Part shown: piece after piece, positions 18,783 to 27,587 of the stretch | Layout of the letters: the number at the start of each line of letters is the position of its first letter | How positions within the stretch are numbered: the first letter of the stretch is position 1 | NCBI GenBank assembly: GCA_963704705.1 | Contig: OY969931.1 | Coordinates: 1,110,001 to 1,142,000 of the forward strand | Direction of reading: 5' to 3' | DNA length: 32,000 nucleotides | Source of the DNA: an uncultured bacterium | GTDB lineage: Bacteria > Patescibacteriota > Gracilibacteria > UBA1369 > PNNO01 | The notes under the pieces: generated by a model | The model's input: the letters and a program-made list of their open reading frames with translations, nothing else | What the model was told of the DNA's origin: nothing | Databases searched by the model: none | Made by a program: the position numbers and the translations under genes

Positions 18783-20153
18783 TTAAGCTGGTTTTCCTCC
18801 GCCAAGATTTAATTTTGGTACTGTTCTTATTACTATTGCAAGAGCCAAAACTATCACGAGAAACAACACGTAATCGCTAAACTCTGGTACAGCTCCTCCA
18901 CCTGACGTGAAGTAATTTACGAAAACTTCTCCGTTTTGAGCAGGGAAAGGAAAATTTCCAACAAGTGAATAACTTCCATCCATCGCAACTCTTGTTCCAA
19001 AACTATCAAACGAAGCTCCGCCTGAATCCTCAACTTTTTGTTCAGTTCCCCAAGTTGTCCCGCTTCTTGTGTAATAATATGCTGCACCGGTATAATCTCC
19101 ATTACTGTACCCACTTGCTCCCACTAATAACCTATCACCGCTTATAGCTATTGATGATCCGAAACCATCATCAGCCAGACCATCACTCGCTGTAACAAGC
19201 TGTTGCTCTCCCCACGTACCCACATTATTATAATAAACATACGCTGCTCCCTGATAAGTTCCGTTATCATAGCCATCTGCTCCTGCTGCAGCGTAATTTC
19301 CATTAATTGAAACTGAAAAACCTAAATCGTCATCAGCTGAAGCACCATCAAAATTTGCTACTTCATCGGTTGAGCCGTTATCCCAATCAGCACCTCCTCC
19401 TGAAGTTTTGTTGTAAATATAAACGCCACCTGCGTAACTGTTTTTAGATGACGCACCTACAATCAAATTATCTCCATCCAAATCCGGATGATCGAAATCA
19501 TCTCCGGCAGATCCATCTGATGCTGTTATTGTTGCAAGTAAAGGCCAATCTGTATTAGTATTACGTTTATAAATTTCAATTGAACCCTGTCCGCTATTAT
19601 AATGGCTGTGTGATATGGCCAGATAATCACCATCCATTGAAATATTCTGTGCCCAACCATCATTATCAGTTTCGGGACTGTTTATAGTTTCTACAAGTGA
19701 CCAAACATCGCTACCATTATTTTTATAAATATAAACATGACCTTGTGTGAATTGAAGCGTAGGTGCTGAAACAGCAGCAAAATTTCCGCTAATTGCAACT
19801 GCTTTTCCAAATCTGTATCCAGCGGTTGGTGTTGACTCTTTTAGACATTCGTTATCACCGGAATTGTCATCACAATCATTAGTACCTGTTGTATAACTCC
19901 AAGTAGTACCTGATCTTTTATAAATCCATGCAGAACCTGAATATTGGGGTTGTGAATAATAACTATCAAACGGAGCACCAACTATTGCATAATCAGCATC
20001 AAGATCAATCGTCCAGCCAAATTGATTGGCGCTTCCATTCGGGTTACTCATTGTAGATTGCTGAGCCCATGCGGCAAAAGCACTAAGAGGACCGTTGTAC
20101 GCCGCCAAAATCAATACCAGTATAATTGAAACTAAAACTCTAATTTTTTTCAT
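18783..20153 (-). CDS. secreted seven-repeat FG-GAP-like beta-propeller protein with a PEF-CTERM-like C-terminal anchor
   Basis: Signal peptide MKKIRVLVSIILVLILAAYNGPLSAFA. Seven repeats of the pattern FGxSxAxxGDYxxVGA...GxAYxY...W. C-terminus GGGAVPEFSDYVLFLVIVLALAIVIRTVPK. Confidence 0.8.
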   Translation of the reverse strand: MKKIRVLVSIILVLILAAYNGPLSAFAAWAQQSTMSNPNGSANQFGWTIDLDADYAIVGAPFDSYYSQPQYSGSAWIYKRSGTTWSYTTGTNDCDDNSGDNECLKESTPTAGYRFGKAVAISGNFAAVSAPTLQFTQGHVYIYKNNGSDVWSLVETINSPETDNDGWAQNISMDGDYLAISHSHYNSGQGSIEIYKRNTNTDWPLLATITASDGSAGDDFDHPDLDGDNLIVGASSKNSYAGGVYIYNKTSGGGADWDNGSTDEVANFDGASADDDLGFSVSINGNYAAAGADGYDNGTYQGAAYVYYNNVGTWGEQQLVTASDGLADDGFGSSIAISGDRLLVGASGYSNGDYTGAAYYYTRSGTTWGTEQKVEDSGGASFDSFGTRVAMDGSYSLVGNFPFPAQNGEVFVNYFTSGGGAVPEFSDYVLFLVIVLALAIVIRTVPKLNLGGGKPA

Positions 20154-20205
20154 ACAGAAAAAATTAATAGATATAAACTAAATTATTTTAACAATTAAAA
20201 CTATA

Positions 20206-20859
20206 CTAGTCAAAAATGTACATCTTTTCGCCCAAAATAGGCTCAGGTTTAATTATATGAACATCAAGAAATGCCAGCAAAATTGCTGGTATTTCTCTTA
20301 GATTATAATAAGCCTGGTCCTTGTACTCCTGGCGGCTCGCAGAAACGCCAATAACGTCTATTCCCAGAGCGCGACAAGTATATAGAGCTCTGTATAAATG
20401 GTATTCCTGAGTAACAAGAATTGCTTTATCTATGCCGAATATTTCTTTTGCACGATAACAAGTGTCGTATGTGCGGCGTCCTGCAAAATCCATAATCAAA
20501 TCATCTTCATCAACAGATAAAATTTTGCCAAATCTCTTCATTACAATAGGCTCATTGTAGTTTTCAACGCGATTATCACCGGACATTATAATTTTTTCCA
20601 CTTTGCCCTTATTGTAAAGGTCTACAGCCGTAATAATACGGTCCTGCAAAATATCACTAGGCAACAAAGTTGCAGGATTAACAGCTGCACCAAATACAAT
20701 GGCTGCAGGTCGCTCATCAAGTTGCTCTATATCTTTATATGAGTAAATAAGCTCTTCTGTACTCGATTTCACGTACCAAAGTATTGAAGTAAGCATTATT
20801 AATACAAATAAAATTGCAAGCAGACCGATTGTTACGATTTTTTTCACAGGAATTGACAT
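20206..20859 (-). CDS. SanA/YdcF-like (DUF218) membrane-anchored protein
   Basis: N-terminal TM helix, then MSGDNRVENYNEP..M, DFAGRRTYDTCYRA, LVTQEYHLYRALYTCRALGID, as in SanA. ATG at 20859 preferred over the TTG at 20880 used by the track. Confidence 0.8.
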   Translation of the reverse strand: MSIPVKKIVTIGLLAILFVLIMLTSILWYVKSSTEELIYSYKDIEQLDERPAAIVFGAAVNPATLLPSDILQDRIITAVDLYNKGKVEKIIMSGDNRVENYNEPIVMKRFGKILSVDEDDLIMDFAGRRTYDTCYRAKEIFGIDKAILVTQEYHLYRALYTCRALGIDVIGVSASRQEYKDQAYYNLREIPAILLAFLDVHIIKPEPILGEKMYIFD

Positions 20860-20874
20860 AGATGTGTTTACATA

Positions 20875-20904
20875 TTGCAATTACATGCTGTTTTGGGGTA
20901 TAAT
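20875..20904 (+). promoter_or_regulatory. candidate promoter for the 20934-22137 gene pair
   Basis: TTGCAA (20875-20880), 18 nt, TATAAT (20899-20904). Confidence 0.4.
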
Positions 20905-20933
20905 ATAGTAAAGTAAAATTAACAAAAACAAAA

Positions 20934-21353
20934 ATGAAAAATTACTTTTCAGAAAACCGTTTAGTTTTCATGGGCATGGAAGGTGGCCCAAGTGGAACAC
21001 CTGAAGCTGCAGAAGCTGCTAAAGTTTCACCTGAAACCACAGCAAGCTTATCATTTAAATTTTTAAAGCTTGGCAAAAATTTTGATGCAAATCAATTACA
21101 AACAGCAGCAAAAAATTTCGTTAATAAAGAACCAAATCAATTAAATAGAATTAATAAAATTAAAAGCTATTTGCAACAAAACATTCCTGATTTTAATTCT
21201 CATGCAAAAGGCAAACTTGCAGACCAAGCACAAGAAATAGCTTCAAAAATGGAAAGCGGTATCAATGCTATTGCTTTTTCTCCAATAAAAAAGTTAGACA
21301 AAATGGTAAAAGCATATAATAAAGATAAAAATAAAGAGAGAGGAAATGCTTAA
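20934..21353 (+). CDS. hypothetical protein (139 aa) with N-terminus MKNYFSENRLVFMG
   Basis: Long ORF after a candidate promoter. Hydrophilic, K/N/Q-rich. Shares an N-terminal module with the next ORF. Confidence 0.6.
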   Translation: MKNYFSENRLVFMGMEGGPSGTPEAAEAAKVSPETTASLSFKFLKLGKNFDANQLQTAAKNFVNKEPNQLNRINKIKSYLQQNIPDFNSHAKGKLADQAQEIASKMESGINAIAFSPIKKLDKMVKAYNKDKNKERGNA

Positions 21354-21363
21354 TAATTATATT

Positions 21364-22137
21364 ATGAATAATCTATTTTCAGAAAATCGTTTGGTGTACA
21401 GAGGCGGCGGTGACAGGCCGCGTCCTCGAGAAGCTGTAAATGAAAGCAGTGAAGTTCCTAATGGGAAAATGCTTCCTTTGGCAAAAAAAATGGTTAAAGA
21501 CATGATTGATGGTAATAATGGTTTGAGTAGAAGTAAATTTGCCAAACTTAAAAGCCAACCTGATAAACAGAAGAAAATGATAGAAAGCTGGCTTAAAAAT
21601 ACTGGCCTATCTAAAAAAGAAAAAGAAAACCTTATGGGAACTGACACAATAACCGAATATTATATTGGAAATAAAAAAGTAAGTCCTGACAAAGTTGCCA
21701 ATGAGGTGCACACTTTTATAAAAGATAAAGCGAACCAGAAAAAAATCATGGATGCTATTAAAAAAGAAAAACAACAGTCCGAACAAACAAGGCAATCTAC
21801 AGAAACAACCACTCAATTTAAAGAAAACAATAGCTGGCCAAGTCAAAGAGCTGCAAATATAGCATCAAGCTTTTACTCAAATACACTACAGAAAGCTGCT
21901 CAAAAAGCCATGAAGCTTACATCTAATGTAAGAGAAAGAAATAAAATTACTCCGGATAAAGTTAAAAATAAAATCAATAGTGTAATACAACCTGGTGCTC
22001 ATATTGCTGAAATTAGAGCAAACTGGGGAATAGACTCGGAAAATATTAAATTCAACGGACCAAAAGCATGGCCGATGATAAATACCTCTGCTAAAAGACG
22101 ACAATTACAAAATAAAATACTACGTTCAATAGTGTAA
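21364..22137 (+). CDS. hypothetical protein (257 aa) with N-terminus MNNLFSENRLVYRG
   Basis: ATG 21364 chosen over 21346 because it aligns the N-terminus with the upstream paralogous module. Hydrophilic and K-rich. Confidence 0.6.
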   Translation: MNNLFSENRLVYRGGGDRPRPREAVNESSEVPNGKMLPLAKKMVKDMIDGNNGLSRSKFAKLKSQPDKQKKMIESWLKNTGLSKKEKENLMGTDTITEYYIGNKKVSPDKVANEVHTFIKDKANQKKIMDAIKKEKQQSEQTRQSTETTTQFKENNSWPSQRAANIASSFYSNTLQKAAQKAMKLTSNVRERNKITPDKVKNKINSVIQPGAHIAEIRANWGIDSENIKFNGPKAWPMINTSAKRRQLQNKILRSIV

Positions 22138-22155
22138 AAATTCCTAAAATACCTA

Positions 22156-22184
22156 TTGACTTCTATATGTTGCTCACTTATACT
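22156..22184 (+). promoter_or_regulatory. near-consensus promoter for the rplC-to-secY operon
   Basis: TTGACT (22156-22161), 17 nt, TATACT (22179-22184), leaving a ~100-nt leader before rplC. Confidence 0.6.
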
Positions 22185-22288
22185 GGGCCGGCAACATGTT
22201 TTTTTATGTTACACGTTCGGTTTAAGGGCGCCGCATAAACAAGGCAAAAACGAAAGATCTTTAAACCGCATTAACCAATTTAGTAAAC

Positions 22289-22882
22289 ATGCTAGGAATA
22301 CTTGGAAAAAAATTAGGTATGACTCGTGTCATTCAAGACGACGGTCGTGTGATCCCGATTACTCTTATACAGTGTGAACCAAACGAGGTACACCAGGTAA
22401 AGACACAAGAGAAAGACGGATATCCGGCGATAGTCCTTGGTTTTTCTAAATTAGCAAAGCCAAAAAAGACTAAAAAATTCGCTCATTTAAAAGAAGTACG
22501 TATTGAAGAAGGTGAAGAATATAAAAAAGGTGACTCAATCGGATTGGATAAATTCAATGAAATTAAAGAAGTTGAAATAAGCGGAATTTCAAAAGGTAAA
22601 GGTTTTCAGGGAGTTATTAAAAGATGGAACTTTTCAAGAGGACCTGAATCACACGGATCGCACCACCACAGAGAACCAGGTTCAGTTGGTGCTTGTGCTG
22701 CTCCCGGAAGAGTAGATAAAGGTAAAAAGATGCCTGGTCACATGGGTACTGATAAAATCACATTGAAAAAAGTTAAGGTAGAATACCTTGATGCAAAAAA
22801 TAACCTTATTGGTTTAAGAGGTGCCGTTCCGGGACCTAACAGAGGATTAATATTTATTAAAGCTAACGCAACTACTAAATAA
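22289..22882 (+). CDS. rplC: 50S ribosomal protein L3
   Basis: MLGILGKKLGMTRV..., GKGFQGVIKRWNF, synteny. Confidence 0.97.
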   Translation: MLGILGKKLGMTRVIQDDGRVIPITLIQCEPNEVHQVKTQEKDGYPAIVLGFSKLAKPKKTKKFAHLKEVRIEEGEEYKKGDSIGLDKFNEIKEVEISGISKGKGFQGVIKRWNFSRGPESHGSHHHREPGSVGACAAPGRVDKGKKMPGHMGTDKITLKKVKVEYLDAKNNLIGLRGAVPGPNRGLIFIKANATTK

Positions 22883-22884
22883 TA

Positions 22885-23556
22885 ATGAAAGCAGACTTAT
22901 ACACACAAACAGGAGAGAAAAAAGGACAAGTTGAATTAAAAAAAGAATTTTTTGAAGTTCCTTATAATAGAGATTTGATTCACCAGGCGCTTGTGCGTCA
23001 GCAGGCTAATGCAAGAGCTCCGTTTGCTCACACTCTTCAAAGAGGTGAAGTTAACGCGACTAACAAAAAGCCGCACAGACAAAAAGGAACTGGTTATGCA
23101 AGACAGGGTTCAAGAGTTGGCCCTCATATGAGAGGCGGAGGAATAGTGTTTGGTCCTAGAAAAGAAAGAAACTACACTGTGGCAATGCCAAAGAAACAAA
23201 GAAGAAAAGCTTTGTTCTCAGCATTATCAGTAAAAGCGAGAGATAATCAGATTATGGCTTTGGAAGGATATGAAGGAGAAGTTAAGACAAAATCATTTGC
23301 AGAAATGATCGCAAAATTACCAATTGAAAGAAATGTATTAGTTGTTATACCAGAGAAAAACGTAGTGATCCAAAGATCATCAAATAATCTACCTAATGTT
23401 AAAACTATTTTAGTTGGATATCTAAATATAGCTGATCTGCAGAAATACAGAAATGTTCTGTTCCTGAAAGATGCCCTTACTAAAATGGAAGAAGTTTTCC
23501 AGAGTGAGAAGGGCGCAGCGAAAGCGACCTCTAAATCTACTAAAACTAAAGAATAA
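22885..23556 (+). CDS. rplD: 50S ribosomal protein L4
   Basis: L4 pattern (KKPHRQKGTGYARQGS, GGGIVFGP) and synteny. The C-terminal tail contains repeat R5. Confidence 0.96.
   Translation: MKADLYTQTGEKKGQVELKKEFFEVPYNRDLIHQALVRQQANARAPFAHTLQRGEVNATNKKPHRQKGTGYARQGSRVGPHMRGGGIVFGPRKERNYTVAMPKKQRRKALFSALSVKARDNQIMALEGYEGEVKTKSFAEMIAKLPIERNVLVVIPEKNVVIQRSSNNLPNVKTILVGYLNIADLQKYRNVLFLKDALTKMEEVFQSEKGAAKATSKSTKTKE
23500..23537 (+). repeat. R5: diverged repeat copy in frame in the rplD tail
   Basis: cagagtgagaagggcgcagcgaaagcgacctctaaatc. AGAG...CTCT stem. Shares the TCTAAATC end with R9. Read as QSEKGAAKATSKS. Confidence 0.45.
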
Positions 23557-23558
23557 TT

Positions 23559-23885
23559 ATGGACCTACATCAAGTATTAAAAGATCCGGTAACTACAGAA
23601 AAGAGCACAATGCTCTCAGATAAAGGCAAATATGTGTTTATTATCAATAAATTTGCAACAAAAATTGATGTGAAAAATGCTATAAAAGCAATTTACGATG
23701 CAGACGTTGAAAAAGTGACAATCACTCCGATAATGCCAAAATCAAGATACGTGGGAAGAAAAATATTCATGAAGAGAAAACCAATGAAAAAAGCGACTAT
23801 AACAATTAAAGGAGGAAAATCTATAGATATCACAAAATTTAAAGATTCAAAAAAATCTAAATCTAAACCTAAACCTAAGAAATAA
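23559..23885 (+). CDS. rplW: 50S ribosomal protein L23
   Basis: L23 pattern (VLKDPVTTEKS, KFATKIDVKNAI) and synteny. Confidence 0.95.
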   Translation: MDLHQVLKDPVTTEKSTMLSDKGKYVFIINKFATKIDVKNAIKAIYDADVEKVTITPIMPKSRYVGRKIFMKRKPMKKATITIKGGKSIDITKFKDSKKSKSKPKPKK

Positions 23886-23887
23886 CA

Positions 23888-24733
23888 ATGGCTGTAAAAA
23901 CAGTTAAACCAACAACACCGGGACGAAGAAATATGAGCGCTTACACCTTTGAAGAGCTTACTAAGAGCAAACCTGAAAAAAGACTGATTAAAAGACTAAA
24001 CAAGAGATCAGGAAGAAATAATCAGGGTAAACTTACAATAAGACACAGAGGCGGAGGGCACAAAAGAATGTATAGAATTCTTGATTTCAAAAGAACTGAC
24101 AAGCACAACATTGAAGGAAGAGTTGTTGCGGTTGAATACGATCCATACAGAACAGCATATATTGCTTTAGTTCAATATACTGACGGAGAAAGAAGATATC
24201 ATCTTGCTCCGCAGGGACTAAAAATAGACGACAAATTACTTTGCGCAGAAAAAACTAAATTAAAACCAGGCAACAGAATGCTGATTAAAAATTTCCCTGT
24301 TGGATTCATGGTTTACAACATTGAATTAAGTACAGGAAAAGGCGGACAGATTGTAAGATCTGCAGGATCAGCAGCAAAAGTTGTTTCGCAGGAAGATGAA
24401 AGACACACACAGATTCAATTGCCATCAGGCGAAGTAAGGCTTGTAAACAAAGCTTGTTACGCAACCTATGGAACAGTAGGAAATATAGAACATTCAAATA
24501 TTAAAATAGGTAAAGCAGGAAGAATGAGAAATATGGGAAGAAGACCACAAGTAAGAGGTAAGGTAATGAATCCGTGCGATCATCCACATGGTGGTGGTGA
24601 AGGAAATCAGCCAATTGGTTTGAAACATCCTAAAACACCTTGGGGAATGCCAGCACTTGGATTCAAGACAAGAAGACGTAAATATTCAGATAAACATATT
24701 CTTAAATCACGTAAATATGGCAAGAAGCAGTAA
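23888..24733 (+). CDS. rplB: 50S ribosomal protein L2
   Basis: [22 protein letters not shown]. Confidence 0.98.
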   Translation: MAVKTVKPTTPGRRNMSAYTFEELTKSKPEKRLIKRLNKRSGRNNQGKLTIRHRGGGHKRMYRILDFKRTDKHNIEGRVVAVEYDPYRTAYIALVQYTDGERRYHLAPQGLKIDDKLLCAEKTKLKPGNRMLIKNFPVGFMVYNIELSTGKGGQIVRSAGSAAKVVSQEDERHTQIQLPSGEVRLVNKACYATYGTVGNIEHSNIKIGKAGRMRNMGRRPQVRGKVMNPCDHPHGGGEGNQPIGLKHPKTPWGMPALGFKTRRRKYSDKHILKSRKYGKKQ

Positions 24734-24986
24734 AAAAGGGCCATTCGTTGATCCTCGATTACTCAAAAAAATAGATAAGATGAATGATAGCGGCAAGAAC
24801 AATGTTATTAAAACATGGTCTCGAAGCTGTGACATCGCGCCTGAATTCGTTGGTCACACATTCGGAGTCCACAATGGCAAACAACATATTCCTGTATTCG
24901 TTACAGAAAATATGGTTGGCCACAAACTGGGAGAATTCGCTCCTACTCGTAAATTTAAAGCCCACGGAGGTAAACTAGCTAAATAA
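24717..24986 (+). CDS. rpsS: 30S ribosomal protein S19
   Basis: [12 protein letters not shown]..., [10 protein letters not shown]. Trimmed from the track start 24657; overlaps rplB by 17 nt. Confidence 0.96.
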   Translation: MARSSKKGPFVDPRLLKKIDKMNDSGKNNVIKTWSRSCDIAPEFVGHTFGVHNGKQHIPVFVTENMVGHKLGEFAPTRKFKAHGGKLAK

Positions 24987-25018
24987 CAGTCATGAGCCGC
25001 GAGGCGAATGACCAATCC
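24987..25018 (+). repeat. R6: diverged repeat copy starting at the first base after the rpsS stop
   Basis: cagtcatgagccgcgaggcgaatgaccaatcc. Stem GTCAT/ATGAC around a gagccgcgaggcga loop. Confidence 0.45.
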
Positions 25019-25030
25019 TAATATTAAAAA

Positions 25031-25477
25031 ATGAAAGCAATCGCAAAACATGTAAGGATATCACCAAAAAAAGCAAATTTAGTTGCCGGATTGGTTAGAA
25101 GTAAAAATGCAGTGGAAGCACTTGATATCTTGAAATTCACACCTAAAAAAGCAGCAAAAATTCTTTATAAGGTTCTGCACAGCGCAGTTGCAAACGCTGA
25201 AAACAACTTTAAACAGAATAAAGACGCATTAATAGTAAAAGAAATTGTAGTAACTGAAGGACGCACATTAAAAAGAAGTGTTCCAATCTCAAGAGGAAGA
25301 GTTCATCCGATTCTAAAAAGGTCATCTCACATAACTATTACAGTAGGATTACCAGAAGGCGTAGCGACTGAAAATAAGGAAAAAGAAGAACCTAAAAAAG
25401 AAAAGGCTGAAAAAAAACCTGAAGTTAAAAAAGAAGTTAAACCTAAAAAAGCTACTAAAACAACTAAATCTAAATAA
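25031..25477 (+). CDS. rplV: 50S ribosomal protein L22 with K/E-rich C-terminal extension
   Basis: L22 core (ISPKKANLVAGLVRSK, AENNF) and synteny. Confidence 0.96.
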   Translation: MKAIAKHVRISPKKANLVAGLVRSKNAVEALDILKFTPKKAAKILYKVLHSAVANAENNFKQNKDALIVKEIVVTEGRTLKRSVPISRGRVHPILKRSSHITITVGLPEGVATENKEKEEPKKEKAEKKPEVKKEVKPKKATKTTKSK

Positions 25478-25480
25478 TCT

Positions 25481-26284
25481 ATGGGACAAAAAGTCAATCC
25501 AGTTAGCATGCGTATGAAAGTGAATCGATTATGGGATTCAAAATGGTATGCAAACAAGAAAAAATATCATAAAACATTACACGAAGACTTTGCTATCGAA
25601 GATATGATACGCGGAAAATTGGTTGATTCAGGTGTTTCACAGGTTGAAATTTTAAGAACAGCAAACGCTGTTGTAATAAATGTTCACACTGCAAAACCAG
25701 GTTTAATTATCGGTCGCGGTGGTGAAACAATCGAAGCATTAAGAGAAAAATTAGAGAAAAAATTCGGAAGCCAATTCAATGTTAATATCCTTGAAATTAA
25801 AAATCCGGCAATTGATGCGCTTTTAGTAGCAGAATCAATTGCAAAGCAGATCGAAAGAAGAATCTCTTATAGAAGAGCTGCAAAAATGGCTATCGATAAA
25901 GCAATGGAAGGCGGAGCTCAGGGAGCAAAAGTAAGAGTTGGAGGAAGACTTAACGGAGTGGAAATCGCAAGAAATGAATTCTTCTCAAAAGGAAAAATTC
26001 CTCTACACACATTCAGGGCAAATATCGATTACGCTTATACCCCTGCAAATACAACTTATGGAGCAATCGGAGTTAAAGTATGGATTTACAAAGGTGATGT
26101 ATTCAAACACGACAGAGCGAGCGAAGCGAGCTCTATGGAAGGAGCGTCAGCGACTGAAGCGGGGAAAAAAGATGAACAAAGGAAAGAAACTAAATCAGAA
26201 AAACCCGCACCAAAAAAAGCTCCGGCAAAAAAACCGATAGCAAAGAAAAAAACTACTACAAGCAAAAGTAACTCTAAAAAATAA
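25481..26284 (+). CDS. rpsC: 30S ribosomal protein S3 with long C-terminal extension
   Basis: MGQKVNP, KH domain [12 protein letters not shown]. The tail contains repeat R7. Confidence 0.97.
   Translation: MGQKVNPVSMRMKVNRLWDSKWYANKKKYHKTLHEDFAIEDMIRGKLVDSGVSQVEILRTANAVVINVHTAKPGLIIGRGGETIEALREKLEKKFGSQFNVNILEIKNPAIDALLVAESIAKQIERRISYRRAAKMAIDKAMEGGAQGAKVRVGGRLNGVEIARNEFFSKGKIPLHTFRANIDYAYTPANTTYGAIGVKVWIYKGDVFKHDRASEASSMEGASATEAGKKDEQRKETKSEKPAPKKAPAKKPIAKKKTTTSKSNSKK
26113..26164 (+). repeat. R7: near-consensus repeat copy in frame in the rpsC tail
   Basis: cagagcgagcgaagcgagctctatggaaggagcgtcagcgactgaagcgggg. Read as [17 protein letters not shown], in a different phase from R3 and R5. 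Confidence 0.7.
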
Positions 26285-26286
26285 TT

Positions 26287-26709
26287 ATGCTCGCACCAAA
26301 AAGATTAAAATTCAGAAAATTGCATAGAGGCAGAAGCCAGCTTAAAGGAAAATCTATGCGCGGAAATATGATTAGTTTCGGTGATTACGCATTGAAATCA
26401 ATTACTGCGGGTGAAGTTAATTCAAGGCAAATAGAAGCTGCCAGAAGAGCAATCACACACTATTGTAAAAGAGGCGGGAAAATATGGATTAGAGTATTCC
26501 CAATGAAACCTATAACTATAAAAGGTGCGGAAACTCCAATGGGTAGCGGTAAAGGTGCTGTGGACAGATACGTAGATGTAGTAAAACCAGGAAAAATTAT
26601 ATTTGAAATGAACGGTGTTACAGAAGAAATAGCAAAAGAAGCTTTAAAAAGAGCTGCACACAAATTACCTGTTCAATGCAAAATTATATCAGCACATAAA
26701 CATCAATAA
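26287..26709 (+). CDS. rplP: 50S ribosomal protein L16
   Basis: [18 protein letters not shown]. Confidence 0.97.
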   Translation: MLAPKRLKFRKLHRGRSQLKGKSMRGNMISFGDYALKSITAGEVNSRQIEAARRAITHYCKRGGKIWIRVFPMKPITIKGAETPMGSGKGAVDRYVDVVKPGKIIFEMNGVTEEIAKEALKRAAHKLPVQCKIISAHKHQ

Positions 26710-26711
26710 AC

Positions 26712-26936
26712 ATGTTAACTCTACAGGAACTTAAAAAATTATCAGTAAAAGAATTAAATGAAGAATTTGCGCAGGCTTCAAAAGATCTGTTTAAAACTAA
26801 ATTCGAAGTAAGCACAGGAGTATCAAAAGCAAATCATGAAATCGGGAAATTAAGAAGATACAGAGCACAAATAAAAACAACCAAGAAAAGCATGGAAATC
26901 AAAGAAAAAAGTGATTTCCAATCTCAAAAGAATTAA
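26712..26936 (+). CDS. rpmC: 50S ribosomal protein L29
   Basis: Size, ELKKLSVKELNEE..LF pattern, synteny. Confidence 0.9.
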   Translation: MLTLQELKKLSVKELNEEFAQASKDLFKTKFEVSTGVSKANHEIGKLRRYRAQIKTTKKSMEIKEKSDFQSQKN

Positions 26937-26951
26937 TAACTATCTAAAACT

Positions 26952-27188
26952 ATGAGAACAATAACAGGCATAGTGACAAGCAAAAAAATGGATAAGACCC
27001 TTGTACTTACAGTTGATTCTTACAAAAATCATCCTAAATACAAGAAAAGATACAGAGTTTCAAAAAAATTCTATGTAGATAATCCTGAAAATAAATTCGA
27101 AGTTGGAGAAAAAATCACAGTATACGAAAGCAAACCTTTGAGTAAATTGAAAAGATGGACCACCAGAGCGACTGAAGCAAAATCATAA
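26952..27188 (+). CDS. rpsQ: 30S ribosomal protein S17
   Basis: GIVTSKKMDKT, HPKYKKR, synteny. Confidence 0.94.
   Translation: MRTITGIVTSKKMDKTLVLTVDSYKNHPKYKKRYRVSKKFYVDNPENKFEVGEKITVYESKPLSKLKRWTTRATEAKS
27164..27179 (+). repeat. R8: short fragment of the repeat in the rpsQ tail
   Basis: cagagcgactgaagca matches both ends of R7 (CAGAGCGA... and ...GCGACTGAAGC). Read as RATEA. Confidence 0.3.
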
Positions 27189-27212
27189 AAAATTAACTAT
27201 TAATTAAAAGCA

Positions 27213-27581
27213 ATGATTCAACCGGAAACTAAATTACAGGTAGCAGACAATACAGGCGCTAAAATGGTGAAATGTATTAAAGTGCTTGGAGGATCAAAAA
27301 GAAGATATGCATCAATTGGAGATATCATAGTTGTATCTGTAAAAGAAGCTGCGCCAAAGGGAATTGTTAAGAAAAAATCTGTTGAAAAGGCAGTGATAGT
27401 AAGATGTCAAAACGCAGTAGGAAGAAAAGATGGTTCATATATTAGATTCGATGAAAATGCAGTTGTAATTGTAAATAAAGATATGCAGCCGAAAGGAACC
27501 CGTGTATTTGGACCGGTTGCAAGAGAGTTAAGAGAAAAAGGGTTCCAAAAAATTATATCATTAGCACCAGAAGTAATTTAA
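27213..27581 (+). CDS. rplN: 50S ribosomal protein L14
   Basis: [17 protein letters not shown], highly conserved. Confidence 0.98.
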   Translation: MIQPETKLQVADNTGAKMVKCIKVLGGSKRRYASIGDIIVVSVKEAAPKGIVKKKSVEKAVIVRCQNAVGRKDGSYIRFDENAVVIVNKDMQPKGTRVFGPVARELREKGFQKIISLAPEVI

Positions 27582-27587
27582 ATAACT

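Noticed and set aside
22191-22288. The rplC leader as a structured r-protein autoregulatory element
   Set aside because: I could find only a weak 5-bp A/U-rich stem (aacat/atgtt) and no convincing conserved-looking structure. I kept the promoter call only.
25380-26284. K/E-rich C-terminal extensions of L22, S3, L23 and L15 as frameshift or read-through artefacts
   Set aside because: The frames are continuous with the conserved cores and end in normal TAA stops immediately before the next gene start. The same style recurs in many genes, so they look like genuine lineage-specific tails.
2797-26663. Many 60-135-aa ORFs overlapping or antisense to conserved genes, for example 247..435, 2797..3150(-), 7342..7749, 12691..12951(-), 15640..15921(-), 16158..16472(-), 17094..17357(-), 21357..21647(-), 24306..24497(-), 25938..26240 and 26460..26663(-)
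   Set aside because: Each lies wholly within, or mostly overlaps, a confidently identified gene in another frame or strand and has low-complexity or Leu/Ser/Phe-rich shadow composition. None has independent signals.
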